A DNA stretch of 64,000 nucleotides from a virus (lineage: Duplodnaviria; Heunggongvirae; Uroviricota; Caudoviricetes), in the IMG/VR virus record IMGVR_UViG_3300010396_000003, positions 1 to 64,000 of that record, one strand, 5' to 3'. Made by a program: the position numbers and the translations under genes. Below the pieces are notes generated by a model, which saw only the letters and a list, made by a program, of their open reading frames with translations, ran no database searches and was not told the origin of the DNA. This document shows, piece by piece, positions 38,974-48,082 of the stretch; the stretch's first letter is position 1, and each line of letters begins with the position of its first letter.

Positions 38974-39964
38974 CCTTGTTTTCTCCGGCAGAAAGGAGCT
39001 CAGTAAACATTTGTTCCAGGGTGAATTTCTTTCTAACTTTCCACATACCGGCTTCCGCTATTTTTTCTCGCTCATCGTCGTGTTCAAGGTAATATCGAAT
39101 TTGCGCGATATTGTCCGGCATCATTCCCATGTCGTAATAAGAAATCTCTTTACCGTTCTCAAAAAGGCTTAGATTATTTTTGGCTGGTGCTGGAAATTTT
39201 GGATACATCACAAAAGTTCCAGATGCCATAACCTCAAAAACCTTTTCAACGATCAGGCGCGACATTGGCGGCAAACAAAAGAAGATTTTCAATTGACGAT
39301 AGTTTTCCGCAAGCAGCTTCATACTTTCTTCGGAGCGGATCCCGCCGATATCTTGGACCACGGCTTGTCCGACATTGAAATTTAAATCGTTGCCGGCGCC
39401 GCGCGCTAGATTCTCAAGGTATGCTCTACGGGTTGGATAAAGAGTTCCGATAAAACCGATCTCATATCTTTTATCTTTCAAATAGCCGAAGCGCGGGTTA
39501 AACATTTCCGTATCTACTGCAAACGGCATCCATTTTCCGCCAAAACGTTCTGCGTCTTGTACGGCCGGAAAATAGAAATAATTTGCCCAGGTTCGTAGTT
39601 CCATCCAGCGATCGGGAAGTCCAAGATCCGTGCGGCAAAAAGATTCATCGAATTTTGCAACAATGGGAACTTTGATCTTACTCCAGTTTTCAAAACCATA
39701 AACGATATCGAGCCATGGCTGCGTATACTCGTGATACATGCTTAAAATCACGTCGCATTCATTTAATTGCTCAATCGTCGGAGCAAGTTTTCGGAGTTTT
39801 TCTACCTGTAGGATGCTTGGTTGATTGTGGTGGGAGACATTACCTGGGAAAGTAAAATGCAGAACTTCATGTCCCATTCTTTTTAGGACATTGAAATAAC
39901 CACCTACCGCATTCCACCCGCCAAGAACATTGTACGGATGAAGCAAACCAACTTTTTTAGGCAT
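38936..39964 (-). CDS. GT-B glycosyltransferase (CgeB/GT1-like)
   Basis: C-terminal EKVFEVMASGTFVMYP resembles the GT1 E..EA.A.G.P motif. Confidence 0.35.
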   Translation of the reverse strand: MPKKVGLLHPYNVLGGWNAVGGYFNVLKRMGHEVLHFTFPGNVSHHNQPSILQVEKLRKLAPTIEQLNECDVILSMYHEYTQPWLDIVYGFENWSKIKVPIVAKFDESFCRTDLGLPDRWMELRTWANYFYFPAVQDAERFGGKWMPFAVDTEMFNPRFGYLKDKRYEIGFIGTLYPTRRAYLENLARGAGNDLNFNVGQAVVQDIGGIRSEESMKLLAENYRQLKIFFCLPPMSRLIVEKVFEVMASGTFVMYPKFPAPAKNNLSLFENGKEISYYDMGMMPDNIAQIRYYLEHDDEREKIAEAGMWKVRKKFTLEQMFTELLSAGENKDVSKITRVPASV

Positions 39965-39982
39965 GCGCGGATTGTATCATGG

Positions 39983-40393
39983 TTAGTGGCCAGTATATGA
40001 TTGAAAACTCGGCAAGGTTTCCGAATTCCACGTTGGACCAGCACCCGACATTTGCAGACTTCCATTCACCGTGACGTTATTTCCGCCTGCCCACTTGCCG
40101 GTTACGCGGAAAGAGTCGTAAAGACTCGACACGGCAATGGTTCTGTTGCTCGTGTTGGCTGTGCTGGAATAGGTGTCCAGCAATACCGGTGATCCTGCCT
40201 GGGCGCCGTAATCATTTGCTGCATTCGTGGCAGGCGAAGAAATTCCTTCAACGGTGATCGTCATGGAAGACGGCGCGCCGTTAATTGTGTAGCCGACAAT
40301 GAGGTTGCCGGATGCCTGATAAACGGCATTCGGCAGATTCAGTTGGAATCCCGATGCGTCCAAAATGAAATTAATGTTGTTTGTCTCGCTCAT
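39983..40393 (-). CDS. hypothetical beta-rich protein (capsid decoration candidate)
   Basis: 136 aa, Ser/Thr/Asn/Gly-rich, adjacent to the capsid gene. Confidence 0.3.
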   Translation of the reverse strand: MSETNNINFILDASGFQLNLPNAVYQASGNLIVGYTINGAPSSMTITVEGISSPATNAANDYGAQAGSPVLLDTYSSTANTSNRTIAVSSLYDSFRVTGKWAGGNNVTVNGSLQMSGAGPTWNSETLPSFQSYTGH

Positions 40394-40467
40394 ATAACAG
40401 GCGCGTTGTGGTCCAATGCGCGCCCCTGGTCATTTAGAGCACCGTTATTTTTAGCGGTGCACCACGC

Positions 40468-40689
40468 TTAGACGCCCTCTGCTGAACCACCATCGATCGT
40501 GTTCGGGTACGGAGCATTCCCGTAAATATAAGCCTGATAGGCTGTAACCGCCTTTTGGGCGGATATTTGTGCTTTCTGGGCGGAAATCAAAGCTGCTTGT
40601 GCTGCGGCCAATGCTGTATTTGCCGCGGCCAAATTCGCATTTAAAGTGGCTAGCTGTGTCACTTGATTCGAATTGGGAGTATGAGCCAT
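40468..40689 (-). CDS. small Ala-rich protein
   Basis: 73-aa ORF. Confidence 0.25.
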   Translation of the reverse strand: MAHTPNSNQVTQLATLNANLAAANTALAAAQAALISAQKAQISAQKAVTAYQAYIYGNAPYPNTIDGGSAEGV

Positions 40690-40752
40690 TTTTTTTACTC
40701 CTGAAAAAAAGGGCGGCTCAATGTCGAGCCGCCCGGAATTTTCCCGTTTCTC

Positions 40753-42711
40753 TTACCGAGCGTACTGTGCCTCGGCTTTTGCGAGAACGCGATCGAAGAC
40801 CTTACGGAATGCCTTCTTAAGGATCGAGCTCTTTGCAATAACCTTCGCTGCCTTCTCTCCAAAGGTGCGGTAGGCTCCAACAAGAACCTTACCCATACCG
40901 CTGCGCTGTTCATAGTCAAGCAACCAGCGACGGCAGAGATTGACGCGCGGACCGGTGAAGAAATCTTCTCCGAATACCACGGCTGCGATATAGCACGGTG
41001 CCACGAATGATCCGATACCCGTACGGATTGCGGAAACCCAAGGCATATAGTGTGCAAGAACTTCCTGCACATACGTACCAAAGGTCCACTGACGGGTCAC
41101 AACTGGCCACTCAATAGAGTAGTAGTCGCGTTGCACGAGGAATGTACGGACGGCCGGTACACGGCTGTGCGGATATGGATTCGTGTTGATGTCATAAAGC
41201 ATGGTTCCCTGCGGGAACATTGGGTGGAGGCGGATCGGAATTGCGGTTCCACCTGCAGGGTTAATGCTGTACTTGGACTTGTAAGCTCCTACGATGAATC
41301 CGCCAGTTAGTCCGCCGCCGATTTGCTCTGCGCGATCAACTGGGAAGATGAAGGAGTTGGTTCCGCTCGATGAATACATTACAGCCGAATCAAGCGCTTG
41401 ACGAACATCAGCCGACACCCAAATTGCGTCTGGCTGAGCTTGATAGTTGGTCCAGAGGAACTGTAGGTCAGTTTCGATTTGCGAAACCTGGCCGTTTCCT
41501 ACCGGAGTGAACGAACCGCCTCCCATGTCTGTCCAAGAACCGTTTTGGAAGGAATATGTTCCGAGACCATCGAAATCGGTTGGCTGGTAGCTGTTGTCGG
41601 TGCTGAGACCAGCAGCATTTGCAAGCTGTGTTCCGGTTGCAGCAGCGGTGATTTGGTACCACGGCCATGCGGTAATCGCTCCGAGTTTTAGGTTGCCAGT
41701 TGCGGAAGCTACGTTCACACCCCAATACCACGCATAAGCGACCGCACCCTTCATTGCTGCGATCGAAACGTTCACACTTCCAAATGACGCGTTCGGAGTT
41801 GTGGCTACAGCCGAGATGTTGGAGATCTGACTCAAACCGCAAGCTACGTTCGTTGTACTTCCATCAGCGTTGGTACGAACATAGTTCGGTGTCAAACCAT
41901 TTGCTACGGTAGGAGGTGCAGCATAACCAGCCTGACCACCCGGGTTGGTTCCCATTGCGGTAAGCGCAACAACCGCAACATACACGTTTGTTCCGCTTCC
42001 TAGACCGGTACCAGCAACTGCGGTTGCGGTTGGTGTTGTTGCCTGGCCCAACTGGAAGCCGAGATTACCGGTTGCAGTTCCGGAGTTGCCCCACAGGGTA
42101 AGCATTTCTTCCTGGAGGCGCAGACGAGCGAGGTTACGGAAATGCTCGTCCGCGATGTTATCGGTATAACCTTCACCTGCCCACTCAGAGGTGAAGGTCA
42201 ATCCACCTTCCATACCGAGCTCTTTATACGTAGCCAGGTAGTCGATTTCGTTTGGCGTGGCCTCTGCGTTACGCTGCCCTTCTTGCACGCCAGCATAAAC
42301 GTAGGTGGAGTTCGGGTTGCGCGTCGCCTTCCAGTGCGCAGCCGTACCTACGCCGGCATTCACCTTTCCCTGACGTCCGATCATCTGAATAAACGGTGTC
42401 AATAATGGGAAAATAAAATATGCCGGACCGCGGAGATCGAAGAAGTTAAAGCCGGTCTGTGTCGACACACCAGCCTTAATTAGTTCGCGACCAACCTGCT
42501 TAATGAGCGGGTTGTCGAGGAAGCTGCTGCCGCCCCACTTACTGAGGTCGACTTTTCCGCCGCCACCACTCTTGTGGTACGGAGAAGTCATAGGCAATGC
42601 TTCTTCCATTAACGCCTTTATTTGTGGATTGGCATAGACCTTCGCCATGATCTTATTGGACTCGTCTATGCACTTCTTGTAATACCCCTGCGGGATGCTT
42701 GCCTTGATCAT
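40753..42711 (-). CDS. major capsid protein candidate (large, with insertion)
   Basis: 652-aa protein directly downstream of the protease and scaffold genes. Call is by synteny only. Confidence 0.45.
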   Translation of the reverse strand: MIKASIPQGYYKKCIDESNKIMAKVYANPQIKALMEEALPMTSPYHKSGGGGKVDLSKWGGSSFLDNPLIKQVGRELIKAGVSTQTGFNFFDLRGPAYFIFPLLTPFIQMIGRQGKVNAGVGTAAHWKATRNPNSTYVYAGVQEGQRNAEATPNEIDYLATYKELGMEGGLTFTSEWAGEGYTDNIADEHFRNLARLRLQEEMLTLWGNSGTATGNLGFQLGQATTPTATAVAGTGLGSGTNVYVAVVALTAMGTNPGGQAGYAAPPTVANGLTPNYVRTNADGSTTNVACGLSQISNISAVATTPNASFGSVNVSIAAMKGAVAYAWYWGVNVASATGNLKLGAITAWPWYQITAAATGTQLANAAGLSTDNSYQPTDFDGLGTYSFQNGSWTDMGGGSFTPVGNGQVSQIETDLQFLWTNYQAQPDAIWVSADVRQALDSAVMYSSSGTNSFIFPVDRAEQIGGGLTGGFIVGAYKSKYSINPAGGTAIPIRLHPMFPQGTMLYDINTNPYPHSRVPAVRTFLVQRDYYSIEWPVVTRQWTFGTYVQEVLAHYMPWVSAIRTGIGSFVAPCYIAAVVFGEDFFTGPRVNLCRRWLLDYEQRSGMGKVLVGAYRTFGEKAAKVIAKSSILKKAFRKVFDRVLAKAEAQYAR

Positions 42712-42763
42712 TGCCTGTTCCTCCTAAACTCCTTCAATCAATTTCAGTTCGCCGACAGCTAAA

Positions 42764-43639
42764 TTATTCGCCACCATCAAGCGAAGAAATTAGGTGTGAA
42801 AACTGTGGTGCAACAGCCGCTTTTTCGGCCGATGTTACCGGTGCGGGTGCGCCAGTACGCGGTACCGCGTGAATACCAAATGCTTGCTGTGGTGCGTCCT
42901 TAGTGATAACGCCGCTAATATTGTCCGGAACAATCTTCTTACCAAGAACCTCGCCGACACGCATTAGAACGATCTGTTCGATAACTTCTCCAACCTTGGG
43001 ATCGTTATTAAGTGAAAGCAGTGCCTTTTCTACAAATGCGTCCGTAACAACCTTAAGACGCTCTTCAAGCGGCAATGCTGTTGCATTCGAAATGACTTTT
43101 GCAGCAGCATCGGCCGTCGGACCGGCGCCAGCGGCAATCGCAGCCGCAGCAGCGGAAGCTGCTGGAGATGCCGGAGCTTCGGCGTTCACATATTTCTTCA
43201 CAAATTCTTCCTCGGTAATACCCATTGCTGCCGCGCACTTCTTGATTTCATCAGCGTTCATGTTTTTCACCTTCTTATCGGCCTTAGCCGGCGTTGCGGC
43301 AGCGGCAGCAGTTGGTGCCGAAGTCGCTGTTTTACTCAAATCGACTACCTCTTCCGCCTTCATACACTCAGCCATATCGGAATACTTTTGTGCTGCGGCT
43401 TTATGCATATCGGAAAGGTCGTTATGCATGTCGGCATCAGCCTTATGCAAAACAGCCTTTTTGGCATGAAAAGTCTTTTCTTCGTGCGTATCATCAAGCG
43501 CTTCAGCGGTCGCCTTATGAAGATCGTGATGATCCATGTGAGACTTGTGGAGCATCGCGTGTTTTTCGCCCATGGCAACATGTTGCGCTTCGATACCCTT
43601 GTAGAACGAATAAGACTTTTCAAGAATCTTCTCAGCCAT
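42764..43639 (-). CDS. scaffolding protein candidate
   Basis: 291 aa, helical, His/Lys/Ala-rich with an Ala-rich linker, located between protease and capsid. Confidence 0.4.
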   Translation of the reverse strand: MAEKILEKSYSFYKGIEAQHVAMGEKHAMLHKSHMDHHDLHKATAEALDDTHEEKTFHAKKAVLHKADADMHNDLSDMHKAAAQKYSDMAECMKAEEVVDLSKTATSAPTAAAAATPAKADKKVKNMNADEIKKCAAAMGITEEEFVKKYVNAEAPASPAASAAAAAIAAGAGPTADAAAKVISNATALPLEERLKVVTDAFVEKALLSLNNDPKVGEVIEQIVLMRVGEVLGKKIVPDNISGVITKDAPQQAFGIHAVPRTGAPAPVTSAEKAAVAPQFSHLISSLDGGE

Positions 43640-43651
43640 CTCTCCTCCTAC

Positions 43652-44887
43652 TTATGCAACGGCGCGGTGCGCCTGAACCTCTTCAGAAATTTCCTTCGTT
43701 TCTTCATCAACCATTTCAAGTAACGTTCCGATCAAACTCTCGACGTTTTCAGCAAGCATTGCCGGCTGTTTTGAATCTGCGTCTCCCTCCCACTCTTGTT
43801 CCATGCAAATACAGTGAAAGAGGCAAACGATGTCCTGGATTGCAAATGCCATCCTGGAGACTTCCATCATTCCTTTGTTTAATTGACCAAGACTCAAATC
43901 AAGATCGAGAATGCGGCGGCTAACAATCTTGTCCAGACGCTGATTGATATAGCGACGAACCGCCTTGCGCATAATCGTAAATGTTGCCGCCAGCTTCTCT
44001 TTCTCTTCAGAAACATCGATTCCATGTTTCTTGGCAGCAGCCACGATCCGGGCATGCACCCTCGCACGCTCTCCCGAAGGTATTCCTTGCGTCTGATTGA
44101 AACGCGCAAGAGCATTGCGAATATGGGATTTTGTTTTTGCATCACTCGAAAATTTAATAGGCAATTTCCATGTTTCGGTCTTATCCGGATCTCCAACATA
44201 AGCAAATGCAGATGAAGGAAGATCCTCGCCGGCAACACGCTTTGTCTTGCCTTTCACAACATGAATACTTGCCGCCTTCAAAAGTTCAACTTCCTGCTCG
44301 AGCGCAGTAATGCGATCAGCTTGAATAACCGGCGCTTCGGTCTTCGAAAATTTGCGAATTTCTACCGCGCCATCGGTCTTGATATAGGCAAAATGGGCGC
44401 TTGCCAAACATGGATTATCGACTAACGAAACCTCGGAAGGATTCGCAACATAACGCATACAGCCCTTATAGACTGGGTCTGGCGTCATATCGCCAACCTT
44501 ACGGCCGCCCTGGCTGAATCCGGTATAAACGCCCTCATTGACTTTCTTCCATGCGTCGTCATCTACAACCTTAAAACCCATGAAAATTTCTTTTTGATCA
44601 TCGCGGAATTCGTATCCGATACCCTTGCCGACCGCTACGAGTTGGTGCATTTCGCGCAAATTACCGACAGATTTTCCATCTGTGGCTTTCTGCATTTCAT
44701 CGATCCAGGCGCGATAATAAGGTTTTGATTCTTCGTACGCGCAAACTTCATTGTCTTTGTCTGGCTGCTCAGCCGTAACAATGCCCCATACTTCGCGCTT
44801 TTGACTGTCTACCTTGGCGAAGGGGATGAATTTTGAAAACTTATCCATATCAATAGGGACACTAAGGACGTAAACGAACCGATGCAA
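43652..44887 (-). CDS. prohead protease (HK97 S78-like)
   Basis: KREVWGIVTAEQPDKDNEVCAYEESKPYYRAWIDEMQKATDGKSVGNLREMHQ fits the prohead protease N-domain pattern. Long helical C-terminal extension. Confidence 0.45.
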   Translation of the reverse strand: MHRFVYVLSVPIDMDKFSKFIPFAKVDSQKREVWGIVTAEQPDKDNEVCAYEESKPYYRAWIDEMQKATDGKSVGNLREMHQLVAVGKGIGYEFRDDQKEIFMGFKVVDDDAWKKVNEGVYTGFSQGGRKVGDMTPDPVYKGCMRYVANPSEVSLVDNPCLASAHFAYIKTDGAVEIRKFSKTEAPVIQADRITALEQEVELLKAASIHVVKGKTKRVAGEDLPSSAFAYVGDPDKTETWKLPIKFSSDAKTKSHIRNALARFNQTQGIPSGERARVHARIVAAAKKHGIDVSEEKEKLAATFTIMRKAVRRYINQRLDKIVSRRILDLDLSLGQLNKGMMEVSRMAFAIQDIVCLFHCICMEQEWEGDADSKQPAMLAENVESLIGTLLEMVDEETKEISEEVQAHRAVA

Positions 44888-44934
44888 ATGTTTTTTTTAA
44901 TAAGTAAGCAGGAGGGTATTTCTAATGTAGGAAG

Positions 44935-45023
44935 TGGAGGAGCCGAAGGGATTCGAACCCTTAATACCTTACGGTATCGTCTGTTTTCAAAACAGGTGCC
45001 TTGACCATTTCAGCCACGGCTCC
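44935..45023 (-). tRNA. tRNA-Ser(TGA)
   Basis: Hand-folded: acceptor GGAGCCG/CGGCTCC, anticodon loop TTTGAAA, long variable arm, T-loop TTCGAAT, encoded CCA. Confidence 0.65.
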
Positions 45024-45025
45024 CC

Positions 45026-45115
45026 TGGAGGATGACGGCGGAATCGAACCACTAACCGATCTCTCGGTTACCCCACGCTTCGAACGTAGTTGGCGACCAT
45101 TCGCCGGCGCCATCC
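45026..45115 (-). tRNA. tRNA-Ser(CGA)
   Basis: Acceptor GGATGGC/GTCATCC (one GU), anticodon loop TTCGAAG, long variable arm, CCA. Confidence 0.6.
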
Positions 45116-45119
45116 GATA

Positions 45120-45206
45120 TGGCGGAACGTCCGAGACTCGAACTCGGGACACCTTGCGGTGTTCCTGCTTTCCAAGCAGGTGCAGTAGCCACTGTGCCAA
45201 CGTTCC
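45120..45206 (-). tRNA. tRNA-Ser(GGA)
   Basis: Acceptor GGAACGT/ACGTTCC, anticodon loop TTGGAAA, long variable arm, T-arm CCGAGTTCGAGTCTCGG. Confidence 0.65.
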
Positions 45207-45216
45207 GTTATTTTTT

Positions 45217-45302
45217 TGGCGGGGATGGTGAGAATCGAACTCACGACACCTTGCGGTGTTCTATCTTAGCAGGATAGTGCCGTACCACTGGGCCACATCC
45301 CC
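45217..45302 (-). tRNA. tRNA-Ser(GCT)
   Basis: Acceptor GGGGATG/CATCCCC, anticodon loop CTGCTAA, long variable arm. Confidence 0.65.
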
Positions 45303-45346
45303 GAACTTGAGCTAGAACTACTTGACGAATCTTCTGACATTTCGTT

Positions 45347-45565
45347 CTACCCCTTCGTAAGATGGTGCCGATGGCACTCGCGACAGAAATAAATTCGAAG
45401 TTTAGCGCGCAATCCGATCATCGCTTTACGCGCGCGATCCCGGCTTGGATAAGATATTTTGCCGGATTTTTCGCAAACAGGGAATGGTAGCTCTCGATGA
45501 TATTCAAAAGAAACTTCCTCAAGAACGCCCTCGATTACTTCCATAGCAACGCGATAATACCACAA
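45347..45565 (-). CDS. hypothetical small zinc-ribbon protein
   Basis: 72-aa ORF with CEKSG...CRECHRHH inside the tRNA array. Confidence 0.25.
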   Translation of the reverse strand: MWYYRVAMEVIEGVLEEVSFEYHRELPFPVCEKSGKISYPSRDRARKAMIGLRAKLRIYFCRECHRHHLTKG

Positions 45566-45601
45566 ATTACGGCGATAATTACATTGATTACCAGATAGAA
45601 A

Positions 45602-45675
45602 TGGTCCCTATCCGGGGAGTTGAACCCCGCTTGCCGGCTTTTCAGACCGGAGTCTTGCCGCTAGACGAAATAGGG
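45602..45675 (-). tRNA. tRNA-Phe(GAA)
   Basis: Acceptor CCCTATT/GATAGGG (C1-G72), anticodon stem CCGGT/GCCGG, loop CTGAAAA, discriminator A, CCA. Confidence 0.6.
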
Positions 45676-45680
45676 ATTAA

Positions 45681-45754
45681 TGGTAGAGATGCCGGGAATT
45701 GAACCCGGTGCTCGGCTTCCCGAAAGCCGCGATCGACCGTCCATCTACATCTCT
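45681..45754 (-). tRNA. tRNA-Pro(CGG)
   Basis: Acceptor AGAGATG/CATCTCT, anticodon loop TTCGGGA, T-arm CCGGGTTCAATTCCCGG. Confidence 0.6.
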
Positions 45755-45755
45755 A

Positions 45756-45832
45756 TGGTGGCAGAGGCGGGATTCGAACCCGCAGTTCCTTGCTCCCAAA
45801 GCAAGTGGGATAAGCCGTTACCCTACTCCGCC
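45756..45832 (-). tRNA. tRNA-Pro(TGG)
   Basis: Acceptor GGCGGAG/CTCTGCC, anticodon loop TTTGGGA, T-arm GCGGGTTCGAATCCCGC. Confidence 0.65.
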
Positions 45833-46151
45833 AAACTTTGCTTCCACAATTTCATTTTCTGTCGCGGATCGTTTCGCGGTGCAGCTCGAGCCCGCGCGTC
45901 AACTACCTGGTGCAGTGCCAGCGGAAAGATCAATTGTTCAATCTTCGCCGGAATCTTCTCGATCAAGAATTCGTAAAACCACTTCTGCCACATCTTCGGA
46001 TTATGGCGATCATCAAAAACTTGTGGAGTACTCGGCATCGACCAGCAACCAAAACAGTTCATATCTGGTCCACCAGTCGCCAAGTATGTAAGGTTTTGAA
46101 ATGCTGTTATTCCACCGATCGTCGCTATATACACGCTTTCCTCAAAAAAAA

Positions 46152-46226
46152 TGGAGCCGATGGTCACGCTCGAAGTGACAGAGGACGGGTACAAGCCGTC
46201 TGCTTTTCCTCTTAAGCTACATCGGC
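46152..46226 (-). tRNA. tRNA-Thr(TGT)
   Basis: Acceptor GCCGATG/CATCGGC, D-stem GCTT/AAGC, anticodon stem GACGG/CCGTC, loop CTTGTAC, T-arm GTCACTTCGAGCGTGAC. Confidence 0.65.
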
Positions 46227-46372
46227 AATATTTTTACAAAGACGAATCTTTTTACTTCCGTCTTCCAATATGACATGCACGCATTCTTTGCAGTTATTGA
46301 CGTGCTGTCTTTGAGCATCGCTAAGTTCGCTCATACGGTACATTTTTTCAGTAAATGGTATTTCCATAAACT

Positions 46373-46446
46373 TGGAGCGGTTGACGAGAATCGAACTCGC
46401 GCTAAGACGTTGGCAACGTCCTGGACTACCACTATCCGACAACCGC
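46373..46446 (-). tRNA. tRNA-Gly(GCC)
   Basis: Acceptor GCGGTTG/CAACCGC, anticodon loop TTGCCAA, T-arm CGAGTTCGATTCTCG. Confidence 0.65.
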
Positions 46447-46501
46447 AAAAGAGTCGGCATTCGAATGACGCGCTTTCAACGCTACCGACTCTTCAAAGAA
46501 C

Positions 46502-46575
46502 TGGAGCGGGCGACGAGACTTGAACTCGTTTAGTCAGCTTGGAAGGCTGATGCACATCCTATATGCCACACCCGC
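46502..46575 (-). tRNA. tRNA-Gly(TCC)
   Basis: Acceptor GCGGGTG/CGCCCGC, anticodon stem TCAGC/GCTGA, loop CTTCCAA. Confidence 0.65.
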
Positions 46576-46595
46576 AAGAAGGCTATAATAGCCTA

Positions 46596-46934
46596 ATGCC
46601 AATTAAAAATAAAGTCTTACGGTTGGCTAATCAGCGTCGTTATAAAAAGGAAGTGTGGTACCCAGCCAACCGTAAACGACATATCACAACCGTTGTCAAA
46701 AGAAAAAATCAAATACTACGTTACATACGAGACATAAAAAGGAAATCAAAATGTTCTCGCTGTTCGGAAAGCGACCCGCGCTGCTTAGATTTTCATCATC
46801 TAAATAAAAATAAGACAATCTCTTTAAGCCAAGCTGCTGCGAATGGATGGTCTATATGTAGGATAGATAACGAAGTTGCGAAGTGCGAAGTTCTATGCTC
46901 CAACTGTCATCGCAAACTCCACACAAAATGGTAG
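46596..46934 (+). CDS. HNH homing endonuclease-like protein
   Basis: CSRCSESDPRCLDFHHLN...CSNCHRKLH is an HNH motif. Start taken at MPIKNKV to avoid the upstream tRNA. Plus strand inside the minus-strand tRNA array. Confidence 0.5.
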   Translation: MPIKNKVLRLANQRRYKKEVWYPANRKRHITTVVKRKNQILRYIRDIKRKSKCSRCSESDPRCLDFHHLNKNKTISLSQAAANGWSICRIDNEVAKCEVLCSNCHRKLHTKW

Positions 46935-47004
46935 CGGGGGATGGGATCGCACCATCCTAGCCCGGTTTATGAGACCGGTCAGTTCTCTAGAACTGTACCC
47001 CGCG
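46929..47004 (-). tRNA. tRNA-Met/Ile2-type (CAT), atypical C1:U72
   Basis: Anticodon stem CCGGT/ACCGG, loop CTCATAA, T-arm GATGGTGCGATCCCATC. The first acceptor pair is a C-U mismatch and the T-loop has G55. Confidence 0.5.
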
Positions 47005-47011
47005 TCAGACC

Positions 47012-47085
47012 TGGAGCCGCTTGGTGGAATCGGACCGCCGTTTGCTGCTTACCATGCAGCCGTTCTGCCACTGAACTAAAGCGAC
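47012..47085 (-). tRNA. tRNA-Thr(GGT)
   Basis: D-stem GTTC/GAAC, anticodon stem GCTGC/GCAGC, loop ATGGTAA. Confidence 0.6.
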
Positions 47086-47111
47086 CACGAAACTTCATCT
47101 TATCACAAAAT

Positions 47112-47185
47112 TGGTAGGGCGGAGCGGAATCGAACCGCCGTCTTACGATAGAGAGTCGTAGGTCCTGCCATTGAACGACCGCCCC
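47112..47185 (-). tRNA. tRNA-Glu(CTC)-like
   Basis: Acceptor GGGGCGG/CCGCCCT, anticodon stem TACGA/TCGTA, loop CTCTCTA (position 37 is T, which is unusual), T-arm GGCGGTTCGATTCCGCT. Confidence 0.45.
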
Positions 47186-47370
47186 ACTTATTTTTTCCTC
47201 GGCAATAAATCGATTGTCGGAAATTCGTACCAGAGTGCGCGCCGCTTTTCCATTAGCTTATCAAGTTTAGTACTGAGCTCTTTTTCTCCCGCACTAAGCA
47301 CAATATATTCCTCAGTCAGCTTATACATCTCTTCCTGGGCAATTGCCTGATGATCCATTTTGACCTCAAT

Positions 47371-47444
47371 TCTGGAGCCGAGTGAGAGAATCGAACTCTC
47401 GTCTGCGGATTACGAAGCCGCCGTTCTGCCACTGAACTAACCCG
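47371..47444 (-). tRNA. tRNA-Thr(CGT)
   Basis: D-arm GTTCAGTGGCAGAAC, anticodon loop TTCGTAA, T-arm GAGAGTTCGATTCTCTC. Confidence 0.6.
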
Positions 47445-47667
47445 ACTAAATATCTGATGCCTCGCGCGTATGACGATAGTCGCGCGAGCGTTCCGCAACA
47501 TAACTTGAATCCAATTCTTGACCAACGCTATCGACGCGCCAACCATCAACACCGAGAATTCTAATATACTTTCCGACAACCGCATGCTTTGACGGGATCC
47601 ACGCTGTCTGATGCATCGATCCTCGAGATAATTCACATTGAGTATGAGTCATTCATCACCAAAAAAA

Positions 47668-47745
47668 TGGGGCGTCATGTCGGTTTCGATCCGACACTCC
47701 GGGTTCCACAGACCCGTGTGCAAAGCCACTACACCAATGACGCCA
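47668..47745 (-). tRNA. tRNA-His(GTG) with encoded G-1
   Basis: Extra 5' G before acceptor GCGTCAT, anticodon stem CGGGT/ACCCG, loop CTGTGGA, discriminator C. Confidence 0.7.
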
Positions 47746-47884
47746 TCGAAATCTGAAGGCTGGCTGTTTCGTTGCTCGGCGCCAGCCTTCGTTCATGCAC
47801 GCAACCCGAGGCATTATTGGGACAGTTGGTTGCCTCTTCCGCGCTAAGCGGTCTCAACGGGACGACCGAAGGCTACGCGCAATA

Positions 47885-47958
47885 TGGTTCGGGAGGAACG
47901 AGTCGAACGTTCGTCTGCTGAGTCAAAGTCAGCTATGCTGCCTTTACACCACTCCCGA
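47885..47958 (-). tRNA. tRNA-Gln(TTG)
   Basis: Acceptor TCGGGAG/CTCCCGA (U1-A72), anticodon stem GCTGA/TCAGC, loop CTTTGAC. Confidence 0.65.
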
Positions 47959-47963
47959 TCAAA

Positions 47964-48037
47964 TGGTTCCCGGGGGACGAGTCGAACGTCCGTTTCCGCT
48001 TTCAGAGAGCAGCGTCCTGCCTCTAGACGACCCGGGA
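47964..48037 (-). tRNA. tRNA-Gln(CTG)
   Basis: Acceptor TCCCGGG/CCCGGGA, anticodon loop CTCTGAA, T-arm GGACGTTCGACTCGTCC. Confidence 0.6.
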
Positions 48038-48042
48038 TCCGT

Positions 48043-48078
48043 ATGCAAAATTAAACAAATTTGTTTAATTTTGCATAT
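48043..48078. repeat. perfect 36-bp palindrome (tatgcaaaattaaacaaa/tttgtttaattttgcata)
   Basis: Exact inverted repeat between two tRNA genes; candidate protein-binding site or hairpin. Confidence 0.6.
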
Positions 48079-48082
48079 AAAC

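Noticed and set aside
47316-47652. ORFs 47316-47636 and 47446-47652, plus ORFs 49854-50057, 50574-50816, 52781-52987, 51098-51322 and 61628-61897
   Set aside because: Each overlaps one or more well-formed tRNA genes or a longer same-strand gene, so they were treated as spurious frames.
47755-47790. 10-bp perfect hairpin gaaggctggc...gccagccttc as a terminator
   Set aside because: No U/T tract follows on either strand, so it may be a processing or structural element rather than an intrinsic terminator; left unannotated as a feature.
47820-47884. Possible additional tRNA between the 47755-47790 hairpin and tRNA-Gln
   Set aside because: No T-loop (GTTCRAnnC) and no complementary acceptor ends on either strand.
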